Source: the human T2T-CHM13v2.0 reference genome, Homo sapiens. From it: a stretch of DNA of 64,000 bases. Numbering within the stretch: the first letter of the stretch is position 1; the number at the start of each line of letters is the position of its first letter. The position numbers and the translations under genes were made by a program. This document shows, in pieces, positions 42,601 to 61,505 of the stretch. The stretch lies in NCBI RefSeq assembly GCF_009914755.1, contig NC_060936.1; one strand, given 5' to 3'. The notes beneath the pieces are model-generated. The model saw nothing but the letters and a program-made list of their open reading frames with translations. It was not told where the DNA came from and made no database searches.

Positions 42601-43039
42601 ACCTAATATCCTTCCATCAAAAATGTCATTTATTAATTTTTGTCTTTATGACAGTCAACCTTCTACTTTCTCAAAGTAGAAGACTGGGGAGACAGTAAAC
42701 TTGTTTACTCAGAGCCAAAGCAGAAGGTACTTAAGAAATAGAGCATCTCTTATGATTCAAATGTCTAGCCAGTGATTTTCTTCCTCAACATTTGTTTATT
42801 GATCACCTATTATGTGCCAGGTAGTGTGTAAGGTATTAAGAATAGTGATAAGTACAACAATCTCTACTCAAGGAATTTAAAATTTAAGAATGACTGCACT
42901 CAGCTAGACTAAGCTCTGCCTGAGAGTCCCCAGGGTGCTTGTCAAAAATGCAGCTTCTTGGGGTCCCCCTCAGAACAGTAGAAGCAGAATCTGCAGCAGT
43001 AGAGACCAAAAGTCAAGATATTTATCTCTTGAACCCCCA

Positions 43040-43385
43040 TTCTTGGTGCCGCTGCTCATGCTGTGCAGCTTATCTGAAATATCCTCCACTGTCCATCACC
43101 CACCAGACGCATCCTTTGTTACTCGACTCCAGTGCTACCTCTTCAAGGAAACTACCAACCATTCCTTCTCTCTCATAGAGTTAATTCCTTCTTTCTCAGA
43201 CTGTTTACTTTATACCTGTTTTTGTTGATCAGAAACTTATCATGTTGTTATACATCTGCTTCCCTTACTGGCCTAGCAGCTCTGTCAACAGAAACTAGGT
43301 CCTTTTCACCTCAGTATCTAATACCTAGCACATAGCCTGTATGCAGTGGATGGTCAGCAAACATTTACTAAATTATAAATGGAAA
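43040..43385 (+). mobile_element. L2 3' end
   Basis: Ends ...cagtatctaatacctagcacatagcctgtatgcagtggatggtcagcaaacatttactaaat. Confidence 0.6.
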
Positions 43386-44296
43386 CATTTTAAAAGCTCC
43401 TTGATAGACAAAGTTGGGAATTTCTTTAGAGATAGGCAAGGGTAAAAAAATTCATTTAAATTCACCCTATTGCTCACTCTGTGACCTAACACAGTCAAAT
43501 TCCCCACACTGAAGGATTGTTTTAACAAGACATATCAATTCATTATTATTTTAAAATTTCTTACCAGATGTCTTACTTTGTAATTTCTAAGTCCACAACT
43601 TGGTATTCTAAACCGATGTGAAACGTTATCTCTGTTTTACTTTTTAAATCCACCCATGATTTCAGTTTGGTCTGATTTAAACCTACTGAGGACTTTTTTT
43701 AGAAAATGAAACTACAATTCACGACTTAAGGAGTTGGTATATTTAGGATATATTTGAAGTAAAAATTTTCTATTTACATTTTTTATTTCATTGAAAATGA
43801 TGATTTAACTTTTGAAACACTCTAAGCACAAAAGACTATAAGAGTTAATGGAAATGCAGAAAAGATCAGTGAAAAATATAAACTGGCATAATGATCAATG
43901 TCGTTGCCAGATATGTCTTTTAAGTCTTTCACTTTCTATTCTGCTACTATAAAAGTTTGTGCCAGAATCTATTTAAAATAAATACATTGCATAATCTCAA
44001 TTTGTTTGTAATTATACTAAATAGCCTCTTTAAGGAGACCAGCACAAAATGTTTACTCCCTTTATAGTTTTTGGATATCAAAACATAACTATTAAATAAT
44101 CATGGCATTTTCATGCACAATTTACAATGAACATTACCTTCTTCAGTATGCTACAAGAAAATTATGTGTCATTGTCTTATTTGATGAGTACTTATTATGA
44201 TGACCTCTTCAAAAGCATTATTCATTCTGTACATTTGGTGAATTCTGTTCAAATATTCCAGGTAGTCAAGCCAGAAAATGGGGAGTCAGCCTTGAT

Positions 44297-44455
44297 TCAT
44301 CCTATCTATCCAATCCATCCATCCAATCCACCCCCCTACCAACTCACCCATCTATCCATTCAATCCACCCATCCATCCATCCATCCATCCATCCATCCAT
44401 CCAATCCAATCCAATCCAATCCAATCCAATCCATTTATACATCCATCCAACCCAT
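44297..44455. repeat. Compound (CCAT)n/(CCAAT)n simple repeat
   Basis: Runs of atccatccatcc switching to ccaatccaatccaat. Confidence 0.95.
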
Positions 44456-44929
44456 CAGTCAAATCAAGGTTCTATAAATTGTACTCCATAACACTCTCTT
44501 ACAACTCCCTTCTCCTTCCTATGCCCACTTCCACTGCTCTAGTGTAGGCTTTCATGTCTGCTTTGTCTCTTCCTTCTTCATCGACGGCCAGGGATCCTTC
44601 TAACTTCTCAGCTGAAAAATCTTCAACTATTTTCTACTGCCAAGGGCATAAACATTTAAACTCTTCAGCAAGGTGTACAGGGTCTTTCATGACCTGCCTC
44701 CCAGGTTAACTTTATATTTGGCCCTGCCCCCTTGGACAGTACTTGCTATACTACTTGTGCTTTCTGGAGCCTGTCTCATGGTCCTGCTCTCCCCAGACAG
44801 TGCTCATGCTGCCCTGTCCCTACAACCCTGTGAGGAGAAGTTCCTCACTTATTGGATGAACAAATTCCTATTTTAGCCACCAGATCTGAACTTAAGGATA
44901 ATTCTGCCACAGCAATGAATTGTAGCTTG

Positions 44930-45029
<100 letters not shown>

Positions 45030-45999
45030 CTCCCCTCTAGATTAAACACTGTGGGCAGGAGCATTTCTTTTCATCTTTGTTGCCCCTGTACCAAAAGGAG
45101 AGCCTGGCATAAGGAAGATGGCCAGTAAATACCAGCTGAATAAATCAGTGGTTGTCCACTTCACCTACACCTAAGACTGGTCTTGCTCAGACCTGTTCCA
45201 GAAACAATAAAAACATTAAAATATGTAGTAATTGGGAATATAGGCAGAGTTATAAGCAGCTTAATTAAAATACAGTGGGAGCTTTGATAAAGACATTTTA
45301 GATTTAGAAGTTTAAGAAGGGAAGAAATGGTGACTATTTGAAACCATTTAAGAGGGTTTTCCCTCAGAGGAACATTCATCAGGCCAGCTAGTCTCTAGGT
45401 ACCCCTTTGACCGAAAGAAGCATCGCTCACCCAGCATGAATATTTCACTCACCTATCTATGATTCTTCTCATTGATGATGCTTTGGAGATTTATTTATAC
45501 CCATTTCTGCTAAGGAAGATTTGCTGTTGGTGATATATTTAGGATAACAGGTATTCTCTTATGAAAAATGAAGTATCCTTCATTTTCTGAGGTCAATTCC
45601 CCTTAAAAAAATTATAATACCCCCTCCTAACTTTCCTCTGTAAGGAAGATCAAACGTGATAAAGTGTAACTACTTTGAGAAGCATTAAAAAAAGATTTAT
45701 TATTTTTATTCCCAACATATGTGAACACATTTAATTTGCATTTTTTCCTTAGTCAAGTTTAACTGATTTGAGCAAGTAGAATTTTTAATTAGCAGGAAAG
45801 AGATTCAATTGTTTTGATGATTGGTTTCCTCACCTGACCATTTATTAGAGGCTCCTGGGGACAGACAAATGTCCAGGCCCCACTGCAGCCCAGGGAAATC
45901 AAGACCTCCAGGAGAGAAGCCCTGGGGATTTCTGTGTTAAAATTTCCCCAAGGGTCCATGATAATTAGCTAGGTTGAAAACTGTTACTTTAGGTTTCTT

Positions 46000-46099
46000 T
46001 TTTTTTTTAATTTTAATAAATTTTGAAAAAAAAATTTTTAAATTTTATTATTATTATACTTTAAGTTTTAGGGTACATGTGCACACATGCAGGTTTCTT
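46000..46099 (-). mobile_element. Micro-insertion of a young L1PA 3' terminus
   Basis: ttattattattatactttaagttttagggtacatgtgcac...tgcagg; flanked by aggtttctt at 45991-45999 and 46091-46099. Confidence 0.8.
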
Positions 46100-48075
46100 A
46101 TCCTTTAAGGATTTCCTTAAAGTGGAGGCATGGGTTAAGAATACAGACATTTGGGCCCCAATAGACTGAATTAAGATCTAGATGGTTAACATCCCCCTCC
46201 CACTCACCATGACTCTGTAGTGACAGGCACAACCAGGTGTGTCACCACAGGTGGGAGGCACTTAGGAGTGGCAGAAAAGGGAAGAAAATCGAGGTGGCAG
46301 GTGGGAGGCTTAAATTCCATGTTTTGAAACACTTTAATTTTTTGACACCCTCATCAACTCCATGGTCCCCAACTCTTAAGACAGGAAACTCAGGCTTGTT
46401 CTGAGAACTCTAGTTCAGCTATTTAAGTGGTCTCCACTCTTCATCCTTCTCATAACCAAACACAGCCCAGGCAAGAAATCAATAAAATTGCTGAGAACCT
46501 GATTACTATTTATATAACTCTGCTTTTATAACAGAATATGTTCTGAGTGCCAAAAACCCTAGGCAGGAGTGATCTTTAGAAACAAAACTTATTCTTAGAT
46601 GGAAAACTCTCTCTTCTGTTACCCTAGAAAGAAAAGTCCAATAAGTTATAGAACATACATATTTATAACAGCCTGTTCTTATCACAGAAGAACAACAACT
46701 TATGGCAGAAAATTATTTTTCTTGAATTTTGTAGACAGAGGGCAGTATGTACATGCCAACTGTATAAGTAAAAGCCTATATGCCAATTTTAAAGAAAATG
46801 CTTGCTTTATGACATCTTTGTGTAATGGCCCTTTTAAATCTCAAAATATTGTTTAGTCATTTATAATGGGCTTGAATTTTTGCTCACTGTAAAAAAAAAA
46901 AAAGTCACCACATGGCCCAGGAAGGTGTTTATTTCTTTGGCTTAGAAAATGTACGCATCTGATGTCACCATAGCTTTGCAAAGGGTGTATACACAGATGC
47001 AATGACAAGCATCGTGCCAGAAAACTCAGTGGTTAAAAATGATAACTAATCTTGTCATGCTCTGTCATTATGTAAATCCAAGAAATGTATTGCCAAAGTG
47101 ATTTCTATTAGTGCCGTTGAAAAGAGAATTAAAAATGTAATCTTCAGCATATCATTGTAAGATTGACTCTCTCTGTCTGCTTAGGCCTTAAAATGGTGAT
47201 GCATATTGAACAGTCATTGTGTTGGTCTTTTCTTTAACTATAAATGAGATTGCACTTCAATTCAATGTACCCAATTGATAAACAAAATTAAATTAGTGAT
47301 GTTTAAAAAAATTGATTTAAATCTTACTGGTGTTCTAGAGGAAGTCTCTCATTTCTGTGTTTTGGTTAATGCAGCTATTCTTGGACTACAAGATAACAAA
47401 ATCAGTAGTTCTCCTCTGTAGGAAACAATGGGGAGATGGCACATCTTGTTTCCTGGGTGTGCCAGGAAAGATGTGTTCCTGGACATAGGAACAATGATCA
47501 AATCAGTGCTGTGCAGGGTCATCACAACACAGTTTCCATGGAGATCTATCTCCGGCATTATACTTTGGAGATTGCCCTTCAATTTCCTTCAAATCCCCTA
47601 ACTAGTCTCCAACTGTAGACTCTTCCCACTACATCCACACAATGGCTGGTCACTCCTCCCCGGCTGCAATGATGTCATTCATTAATGCTCAGGAATTCCT
47701 GCCACCACTAATGTCCTGCTGACTCTAAGTCACCACTGGATACATAAGTTGAGGGAGCTTCTGCTGCAGTGATTGCCAAGGTTTGCTCCACTTGTTGAGC
47801 CTAAAAACCTCCTCTAACTCCCTCATTTTACAGGCAGAAAAAGAGAGAGCCAGTCTGGTTAATATTCAGGGTAATGTTTCTAACAATTTCAAAAATAATA
47901 ATAACTGGAAATAAAATTAAAATTATTCTAAGCTAGTTTTATAAAAGAAAGAAATCCAAGCTGTAGTTCTCAGAACATAGGTATTTCCATGATCAATTAA
48001 GTTTGAGAAGCAGTTGGATAACCAAAGGTAAGCAGATTTCCTTCTTGCAGAAATGTTCTCTACATGTTCTTTGTA

Positions 48076-48390
<315 letters not shown>

Positions 48391-49601
48391 ATTCTTTGTA
48401 AACTTATAGGAAGAGTTGTGGTACATATAAATGTTTCCTACATATTTTTGTTCTTTTCTCATAGAGCACCTTTGAGATCTAGACACCTGCAGAACAAAAG
48501 TGACTATATCACCTATTGCCCAACTAAGAAATTTTTTAGAATAAAAGGAAGTATCTTAATACTTATTACTGGGAAACAGGCAGAAGCTGGGACTGTCCTG
48601 GATGGGGTGTATGGTTACCATATAGAGGCAAAAAACAATACGAAACAAAACATTTTGAAAGCTAAAGATAATAGAAGAGCAGTCATAGTTCTGTTTCTCA
48701 ACTTGAAGGCTACAATATACAAGAGTGAGGGGTACTATTCTATTTTGCTCTAGAAGATAATAATAATAACGGGAAAAAATTCCCATGGAGGAAGAATTTT
48801 GCACAATGTGAAAAGAACTTTTTAGCAAGTACATTTGTCTGAAAAGGGAATGGGTTCCATTGAGGAGATGAGAGATCTTCCATCCCTCCTCAGGGATAGA
48901 TGTTAACCAGTGAGTGATGGTTTATAAGCTAGGAGTAAATGACTTCTAAGAGCCAACTAATTTTTAATGATTGTATCACTTGACTAATAGGAACTTATTG
49001 TAAATCCCTGAGATAGTATCACATTTCAATCCAAATAAACAAGATTGTTTCAGGGGAGGACTCAAAAGTACCTTATAACTCATCTTTTTCCAATTTACCA
49101 TTTGATGAAAAACTGTATAAAAAATTCACTACCAAACAAATGAAACATCATTAAATTTGAGTAACTGAGCTTCATACAAGTGAAAAAATACTGAACACTT
49201 TTGGCCATGAGGCCTTGGTCTCTAAGGAGGCCATTAGATTTATGTAAAAATTAATGCTCTGAAAATGCACAGGGGCAGTGATGCAAGAATTAAACAACTG
49301 GAATGTTCGGGCTTATGTACAATTTATAGACGGACAAAGGTTAAAGAGTGGAGGAAACCTTGGGGTCATTCTAATTAAGTTGGTACATTTTCTCAACGGA
49401 CACAGGCCTACAGATATAAAGTATTCTGCCCAATATCACACAATGAGTTTGGAGCAGGTATTAATCTGAATAGGACATGTAGAGAAAGTTAAAATTATTT
49501 TGCCTATTCTCACATACTAAAATAGCATCTATAAACAAATTAAGATTAATTTCAGACATTATAAATGCTGACTTATCTAATTTTATCAAAATAGGTAGAT
49601 A

Positions 49602-52192
<2,591 letters not shown>

Positions 52193-52585
52193 TATGTAGC
52201 TTCTGGAATAAATCTCTAATCCTGGAAAAGACAATCAAAATACAGATAATACATAATTAATTAATCTTTTTAGCTTTAGTGTCCTTTGTTAATGAATTTC
52301 CTATTTTACAGATGAGAAGGTAAATGATATGAAGATAATACACTAAAATGGTAAAACTAGAATTCTATCCCCAGTCACGTTACTTGAAAGTACAGTAGTA
52401 TTTCTATTATGCTTGCCTGTCTCCTATAACTTTATTTTGCTAAAGTTATTTTTGATATTTCATAATATTGAAGCCCTTTCATCAAATCAATAAAGCAAAA
52501 CAAAACAGAAAACTCTACATCAGTGGATCCATTTGTCCTCAGGCCTTTATTCACCCTATACTGATCCATCAGAGCAACTGGCTGA

Positions 52586-53143
<558 letters not shown>

Positions 53144-54445
53144 TAAAGCAACACCATAGCAAGGTATCTACATGTAAAACAGTATGAGATGCTTCATGCC
53201 AAGAAAAAGCAGGACAAATACAGAATTAAAAATTGTCTGAGGGAGCTTCCATACAAAGAATTCAAGCATAACTACCAGATTTGGGGATCATTTTGTGAAC
53301 ACACGCCTGATGAACAGAGCATGGTGTTTCAATGAAACAGGTATTTCTTTGATTAGGTCCGTGGTAGAGGGAAAGATGAGTTAGGAAATAATACCCGAAT
53401 AAAACACAGAAATGGTGTTTGTAGAAATGACAGGTTAGGAAAGCATCATGCCCTTGTGCCATAACATCTTGACATGACTCCAGTCCAAAATAATAGTTTA
53501 AGAGTTGAATTAGTACCCAATTACATTTAGGAGACTCTGGGAATTCACGCTTGAGTAATGAGAGAAGATAGTTTGTATGTAGGTCTGCTAAGTTGGAAAT
53601 AGCTTTTTGGAAAGCCTGTTCTGGTATCCCAGAGTGAGAAGTTCCTGGCATATCTGAACAGGGCTGGCAGTCATTTCTTTACACATATCAGCATGCTTTT
53701 CAGCAAACTACCTCTGAGATACTTTCATGAGACAGGAGCAGATGGGGTGCCACTGACACCAAAAGGGGCAGACCACTAGTGTGACTTCTTGGTTAAAGCC
53801 AGGGCAGAAGGGTTCAGCGGTGCTGAGCTGCACTGAGCATCATGCTGCATGTTTTGGCTAACTGAGGCACAGGAAATTTCACTGTATCACGGTTCCTTAT
53901 TTCATCAAATACATCATAGAAGCATACAACATTTCAGTGAAAAGTCAGTCAGCTTCAGCTGTGTTTACCCTAAAAACTGACCTCCTCTTGCTTCAGTGAG
54001 GGGGCTTTGCTTATGTGATGTCCAAAATAGACTCCAGAGACAGTGCTAACAATAGTTCATCTTATGGCCTTCATCTGATGACCATGCAGTATTCTGTACC
54101 ATACGACCCCTCCTTTAGAAATTACTCCATGTTTCTGTGTCCTTTTGTCTTGGGCACATAAATAAAGCAACTCCCACTCACAGTTGACCACATCACCATT
54201 TGCTGCTCAGTGAAAAAACCCAGGGAGTTCAGAGAACCTTTGTCTGCAGAAGTGGAAGGGACAATCTGCCTGAGGGCTAACCCGATGTCAGACATGCTAG
54301 CTCGATGAGCAGGCTTGTCTATATCTGACTGCAGGTGACTTCTCTCAGCCTGCCCACAGGATCTTTCTCCACTTGGACACCCAAATGAAAAGCCCATCCA
54401 TTGAAGATTCTTTTTAAAACAAGAGAGCCTTTTAAAAATACATTA

Positions 54446-54779
<334 letters not shown>

Positions 54780-55104
54780 AAAATAAAAGTAATACATGAA
54801 CATTATATAATGTAATGATAAACACTAACAAAATTTTAAGAATACATCATCTAGAGCTAATGTTGATATTAACTTTACAGTTTTTTGTTGTTTTATATAT
54901 AAATTTACATATTTTAGACCATATGTATACATATACATAAAATAAGTAGGTATATATACTGCTTTTACAAAATGAGATTTTTTTCTCACTTGGTATATTA
55001 TGAATATCTTTTAAAATCATTAAATCACGTGTGTGTGTATGTACATGTGAAAATTCACAGAATCAAATATTAGAGCTAGAAATGATGTAAGCGATCATCT
55101 GTTC

Positions 55105-55348
55105 CAGCGTTTCTCAAACTTTTGACTACACTTAAACTAAAAAATAAATTTTACATTGCACTCCAGTACACACATTTATATTAATCATACACACTCAAAC
55201 ACACACAGTTTCATATAACAATACTTACTCTTACCATGTAAGAAATACTTTAATTTCCATTTTACTTTGATTTCTTTAATGTTGGTAAAGCTCTTCTGCA
55301 AATTCATAACTCACTACTGAGTTGTGATCCCAGTTTTTGAAAAACAAA
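55105..55348. mobile_element. hAT-Charlie MITE (MER5C-like)
   Basis: TIR-like ends cagcgtttctcaaact ... cagtttttgaaaaaca; internal aacaatacttactcttacc. Confidence 0.6.
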
Positions 55349-56624
55349 TTCAATAAACCCCTTCTTTTAAAAAGAAAACATGCTCAGAGACATTAAGTGA
55401 TTTCCCAAGATCACAAAGTGAATAAATAGCATTGTCAAAACCAGAAACAGATCTACTTGTTTTCAGCCCATGCCATCTCTATCTCCTAGCCTCACTGAAT
55501 CACTAATTATTGGTAGAGAGGTGTGCACATGTGTCAGTGTGTGTTTGTGGTGGTAATGGCACCCCAAAATATATAGCATCCCCAAATATAAAGAAAAATG
55601 CTCAACATTTTCCATGAGAAAAATAAATTAATGTAATAGCTGTTTTATGATCCATGAGTTAATTTTCTCACACCACACTGCTTTACAATATTGTAAGGCA
55701 GCAGGTCCAGCAATTTCTTCAAATGAATAAAGATCAAACTATTAAAGACACAAGTCACTAGTTTGAATAACTTTGTATTACAAAACTGTAGAATATGTAA
55801 AATTATCACTCTATGAGTTGGATAAATATATTGAATTTATGACCTTCAATTGCTTTCCTTATCTATAAAATGGAAATGACTGCCCTAGACGCCTGAAAGA
55901 ATATAGGGCATAACTCCAACAACAACAACAAAACAAAACAAACACAACAACAACAACAAAAAACAAACAACTTTAATTCTTGTTTCGCCCATTCCAGTAT
56001 TTTCAGATTGTGATCTGGGGGCATGAACAATACCTTTTTAAAAGCTTAAGCACCTATTTATAATTGATCTGACCTCTATCAACCAATGAAGCAGCCTGTC
56101 ATGCAGTTGTAATATTTTATGTCCACAGAGGCCCCAAAGTATATTGCAATCATATACGGAAACTACACTCTGTTGAGCAGGGTATTTTTAGCACAGTTCT
56201 CAAAGCATCGCTGAGCTGGAAGAATTTGAGGCAGTAAAGTTAGCCACTATCTTCATTCTGCCCATTAAGTAAGATCGGCTGGATCCTAAAATGAAGTGAC
56301 ACCCATTATCAGAGGCAAAGCAAATTTCCTCAAGAGACCAATGTGCCCTTCAGGATATTAGCTGCTGGCCTTCGCATTTAGAATTAGTTAAACAAATGCA
56401 GTATGTAGTTCAGTTAACTGACCAAATCATTTATATTGTAGTAGTACAAAATACAAAATCTCTCCTTCTAAATACGATAAAAATAAACATTTCTCTAACA
56501 CACAGCTCAAATTTCTCAAACAACATATACTCCATCTGGAGTTTAAAGTCACGATTAGAAGATTCTATGTGTATCACATGTGTGTGCACATGTGTGTATG
56601 GTTTTAAAAAGAAAGCATATATTT

Positions 56625-57079
56625 ACTCATAATGGTATGGTAGAACTAAGTACTGCTTCAAATTTTTCAGTTTCCTGTAATAGGATAACAGCTCTGTACC
56701 CATACCATGTAACTTCACAATGCCTCGCAGTGGAATAGGTGGGGGCAAATATCCCTGCCTTGTTGACTTTGGCCAGTGGATTCTGGCATAAGTGACAGAA
56801 AGACAGTTCTGAGGTGAGGTCTTAAAAGGCATCACATGCTTCTGCTCAGTCCTCTTGCTCTTGTGCCAGCAGCCAGTGGAGGAATATGAACTGGGTAGCT
56901 GCTGGTTGCAGAAAGAGAGACCCATGGAGCAGAGTGAAACCCAACCTGCATCTGAAGCAAAGCTGCCCCAGTCATCCCACAGACCCAGAGATGAGAAAAA
57001 CAAATGGAGGCTGTTGTAAGTGCTGAGATTTTGGGGTTGTCTGTTATGCTGCATTAATGGAACAAACCTAACTGACACA
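56625..57079 (+). mobile_element. MaLR solo LTR (MLT1I/J-like)
   Basis: ggccagtgga...agtgaca...cagttctgag...cttaaaaggcatcacatg; 3' end ttgtaagtgctgagattttggggttgtctgttatgctgcatta...ctaactgacaca. Confidence 0.75.
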
Positions 57080-57651
57080 AAAGGGAAAAATGCAGAATTA
57101 GAATATTTTTATTTTACTTTTTTTCAATGCCACTGAAAATTCTTCATTCTTTAAACACATAGCCTTTTGAAAGAAGGTAGAAAAAGACTAGAAATGCCAT
57201 GGAAATTAAGGATGGTAGACCTATGAGGATCTATTAACATAAGATACACTGTAGGAGCTAAAATAGATGAAATGGGCATAGAAATATGCATATAAGTTCA
57301 GAGGAGCTGCTGCTATTCCAGCCTTCTGTTGGAAAAATTCTACATTGAGAAAGGTTTTAATTTGCCCAAGAGCATGGGCAAGAAATAATTTCAATATTTT
57401 TACAGTGCTATCCTTGATGATGTTCATCTTGACCTAAGTCCTTGAATTCAAAAATGTTAATTAAAGTTTGTAAGTGTTGATAGAATTTTATAAAAAAGAC
57501 CAGATGCTAGAAAGACAAAAACCCCACAACAGACACATTGCCATAGATAAAAGATCCACCTTGAGGGCTTTCATGTTACAAAAATGAAATGGAGAAAGAT
57601 AATTCAGATTTTAATGTAGCTCATATTCTACAATCTATACAAATTTCCTTA

Positions 57652-58133
57652 TGTTACTTTTTAGGATTAGGTTTGGCTATAAGTGACAGATTATCCAAAT
57701 TAATGGTGGCTTAAACACAGTAGGATTTCTTGTCTCTTATAAAATATGAGTCCAGATCTCAAAATTTAGAGGCAATAAATGCAGGGCTGCAACGGCTCAT
57801 CACAATGCCACAGGCCCAGGATCTTTCAATGTTGTTGCTCCACAATTCTCAGCACACAGTCACCCCTGCTGCCAAACTCTAAGATGGCCTCCTGACATCC
57901 AGCCATCACACCCGTATTCAGGGGGCAGAATAGAGGAAACAATAAAGAAGAACACGCCCTTTCTCTGGAAGGGCACTTCCCAGACATCTCATGTGATATT
58001 TTAGTTTATGCCTTTATTGGCCAGAACTTAGGTTCACAGGTACTTTTAAACCATTATACTCAGAAAAGAAACTGAGAATTATTTTATCAAAGAAGAAATG
58101 AATGGATACAGGGCACCAGTAGCCTCTGCCACA
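57652..58133 (-). mobile_element. LTR33-like ERVL solo LTR
   Basis: Ends gaatggata...agtagcctctgccaca (reverse complement of the LTR33 5' end); internal ccagccatcacacccgtattcag and attggccagaacttag. Confidence 0.7.
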
Positions 58134-58501
58134 ATTCTTACTATGTTGAGAGTGTAACCTATAGGCAAGCAGTAAGCCTATAGGTTATAGTCTCACAGCC
58201 TGCTCTAAGTCATTGTGGTACACCAAGACAAGAACTTTACAGAAACAGAAAAATAGCATTTCATTTTGAGATCTAAACAAAACACTAACAACACTAACCC
58301 ACAGAATCGCAGCATACATAAAACTAAGGTGATGTCTATAAATCCCTCACTCCCCTTCCTCCCTTCCTTTCTTTATTGGTATTGGTTAAAATAGAAAGTC
58401 TAGTAATCACTAAAATGATCCCAAACATCCAATCACTCAAATAAAAAAGGAGCTGTGGGTTAACTAGGTTAAGGATACATTCTTCAGACAAAATACGTTA
58501 A

Positions 58502-58636
58502 TTTTTTTTTTTTTTTTAAAGAGATGGGTTCTCACTATGTTTCCCAGGCTAGACTTAAACTCCTAGACTCAAGTGATCTTCCCACCTTGGCCTCCAGGGT
58601 AGCTGGGACTATAGATGTGCACCACTGAGCCTAACT
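58502..58636 (-). mobile_element. FLAM (free left Alu monomer)
   Basis: T-tract, then agagatgggttctcactatgtttcccaggct...ctcaagtgatcttcccacc...gtgcaccactgagcctaac. Confidence 0.85.
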
Positions 58637-59007
58637 AAAACATGCTAGTCTTGACTGCTAGCATTAAAGGCCTAAATTTGATGGAAAAGGCACATATTAT
58701 CTGTTACTTTCTGGTATTTAATTTTAGGTTTTTGGCTAGTATTAAGAAAAACCATACTGACATTAATATATGCAGTTTTATTCCAAATAAAATATGTGAC
58801 TTATTTGTAATGAAAATATAAAGGCAAATAGTGAGCATAATAAATACATATGTGCCAGGCACCATGTTATGCACTTAACATTACATATTTCACTTAACTC
58901 CTTTTTCAAAAGTAAATCTAGAAGGAAGGACTATTATATCTTCCAATTTACAGAATAGAGACTTGAATGGGTAAGTAATTTGTTCATGGTCGCATGCTAC
59001 TCAATGA

Positions 59008-59322
<315 letters not shown>

Positions 59323-61505
59323 CCAGAATACATACTTAAGCCTCTCTGACTATAAGACTCAAGCTTAATCACTGCTTTACTATAGCATATATCTTAAGGA
59401 AAATTGTATGCATCATAGCGATAACTAGAAAATTACATATTTGTCTTTATTTTTATAATTCTTCCTTGTCTTATCTTCTATTTAAGTGAATATTCAGAAA
59501 ACTCTGTCTCCAATGCTTCGCAAAACCAGCATACAGCAGACTGAGTCATATATAATAGCCACTTGATAGCTGTAAAATGACTGAACTATGAAATTATTAC
59601 ACCTATTAGTAGTTCTATTTTAATCTACTTTCCAATAAATTTATGCCATACTAATGGTTTTTATTTTACCGTAAAATTTAAAAAGCACAAACATTTCCTA
59701 GCGTCATAAACAGCTCCACCACTCTGAATTTCTACTATAAAATAGTATCTATCACTAATGGCTAGTAGTGGTTTTAGAATCCTGCAAATTGTTTCATAAA
59801 TAGCTATAATTGCAAATGTCTTAATATTTGAATTGTGTGTATGTAGCTTACTTAAAAATTCTAGGAGCAGGAACAATGGTTGAAAAATGCATCATTTATT
59901 GCTTAAGTTTATATTTACAATTTCTGTTACTAAAGATCCATAGCAATCTCCTGAGTTTACAAGAATTATAATTATCTGTCCAAAAAAGCTCAAATTTCAA
60001 AAATATATGTGAAATATACATCCTTTTCTTAAAGGTAAGTTACCCACAGAAGATATAAATTGTTAACCTAAAATATACTTGCTCTTAAGTACAAGCCCAA
60101 AGCCTAAATGGATACTAGTCCAAAAATAAGATACCAAGAGGGTCATCTACAAAAAAAAAAAAAAAAAAAAAAAAACTCATACATGGTATTTCCCATGCCC
60201 AGTGTGCTGGGGAGAAGGTGACGGACCACAGTACTGAACTGTTATGCAGGAAAAGTACTTAACTCAAATTTGAAAAAAAAATGTATATTACCTTTCTCTC
60301 TCTCTTTTTATGTGCCTTTGGCTGCCCTGTCACTTTAATGCCTGAAACTTTAATGGCATTCTATCAATAGAATATTCTGTATTCTTGGGAAGAAAAGACA
60401 CTAAGCAAGTGTGGAAAGCATAATTATTAACCTTAAAATAAAAGCTGTTTTTATCATTGTTGGTTAAATAACAAAGGGAGACTATAAGCCTACTCTTCTG
60501 GCTTTGGAGTCATACAGCCCATGAAGTTTTCTAGACACACACATTTATTCTTAGAGAGATCTCATTAGATATTTTCTCTGCCTGTGGATTTCATTATTTT
60601 AAGGAGGATTACTGGATTGCTAAAGAAGAAAGAAATAGGTTTCACGGATTCAAACAAAACAGAATGAAATAAAAAAGAAAAGAAGTCTTTGTTATAAGTA
60701 CCATTAAAAGAGATTAAAGATGAAAACCACTTTTGGACTATCATTAAGCTGGTATTATAACACATTGGGCTGAGAAGAGATATTAAATTGTGTCATAAAA
60801 TGATTTTTGACATTTGACTTTTTACATGTCTTACATTTAGTTTTAGGGACTGTGGGATGAAGGTGCTATAACCACATAAGATCACTGTGCAATGTTTTGG
60901 ATAAGAGCATTTACTGTTAAGTAAGATGTTATCCAGTTGTCCAATGAGACCTGTTTATAACCTTTTATACAATATCTGCCTTATTTAATCATTGAAACTA
61001 TAAATAAACATGGTGGGAAAATGACTACTTGTTACCTGAAAATCTATCTGACTGCACAAACATTACTAGAGCACTACTTGGTGTCAAATACTATGGTAGA
61101 CAAGAAAAGAATTAGGTCATAATAAAGAAATTTTAAAACTATGGGAGATGTGCAACAATGTGAAGGTGCTTAATGCCACTGAACTGTATACTAAAAGTGG
61201 TTAAAATGGTAAATTTTATGTTATGTATATTTAATCACAATTTTAAGAAATCTTGAGAGAATTCTTCATGGCAGAGTAAATTAAGTGGACTATGGCAGGC
61301 TAACAATAGAGGCAGGGCCTATTTGTATTGACACATAAAATATGTTGAGGATATGGCTTTTAAATTTTCAAATGTATTTGTAGTAGATTTTAGATTTATA
61401 AGAAACTTGTGTTAATTCAAAAAATTGAGAAATGCAATGTTGATGAAATTCATTCTTCTAAGTTGGTACCCAAAGCCTTGTATCCAAATGCCTCTATATC
61501 AAATA

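Noticed and set aside
60151-60175. Free-standing poly(A) tracts (also ~36988-37010) as tails of processed pseudogenes
   Set aside because: No recognisable mRNA-derived body or TSD pair.
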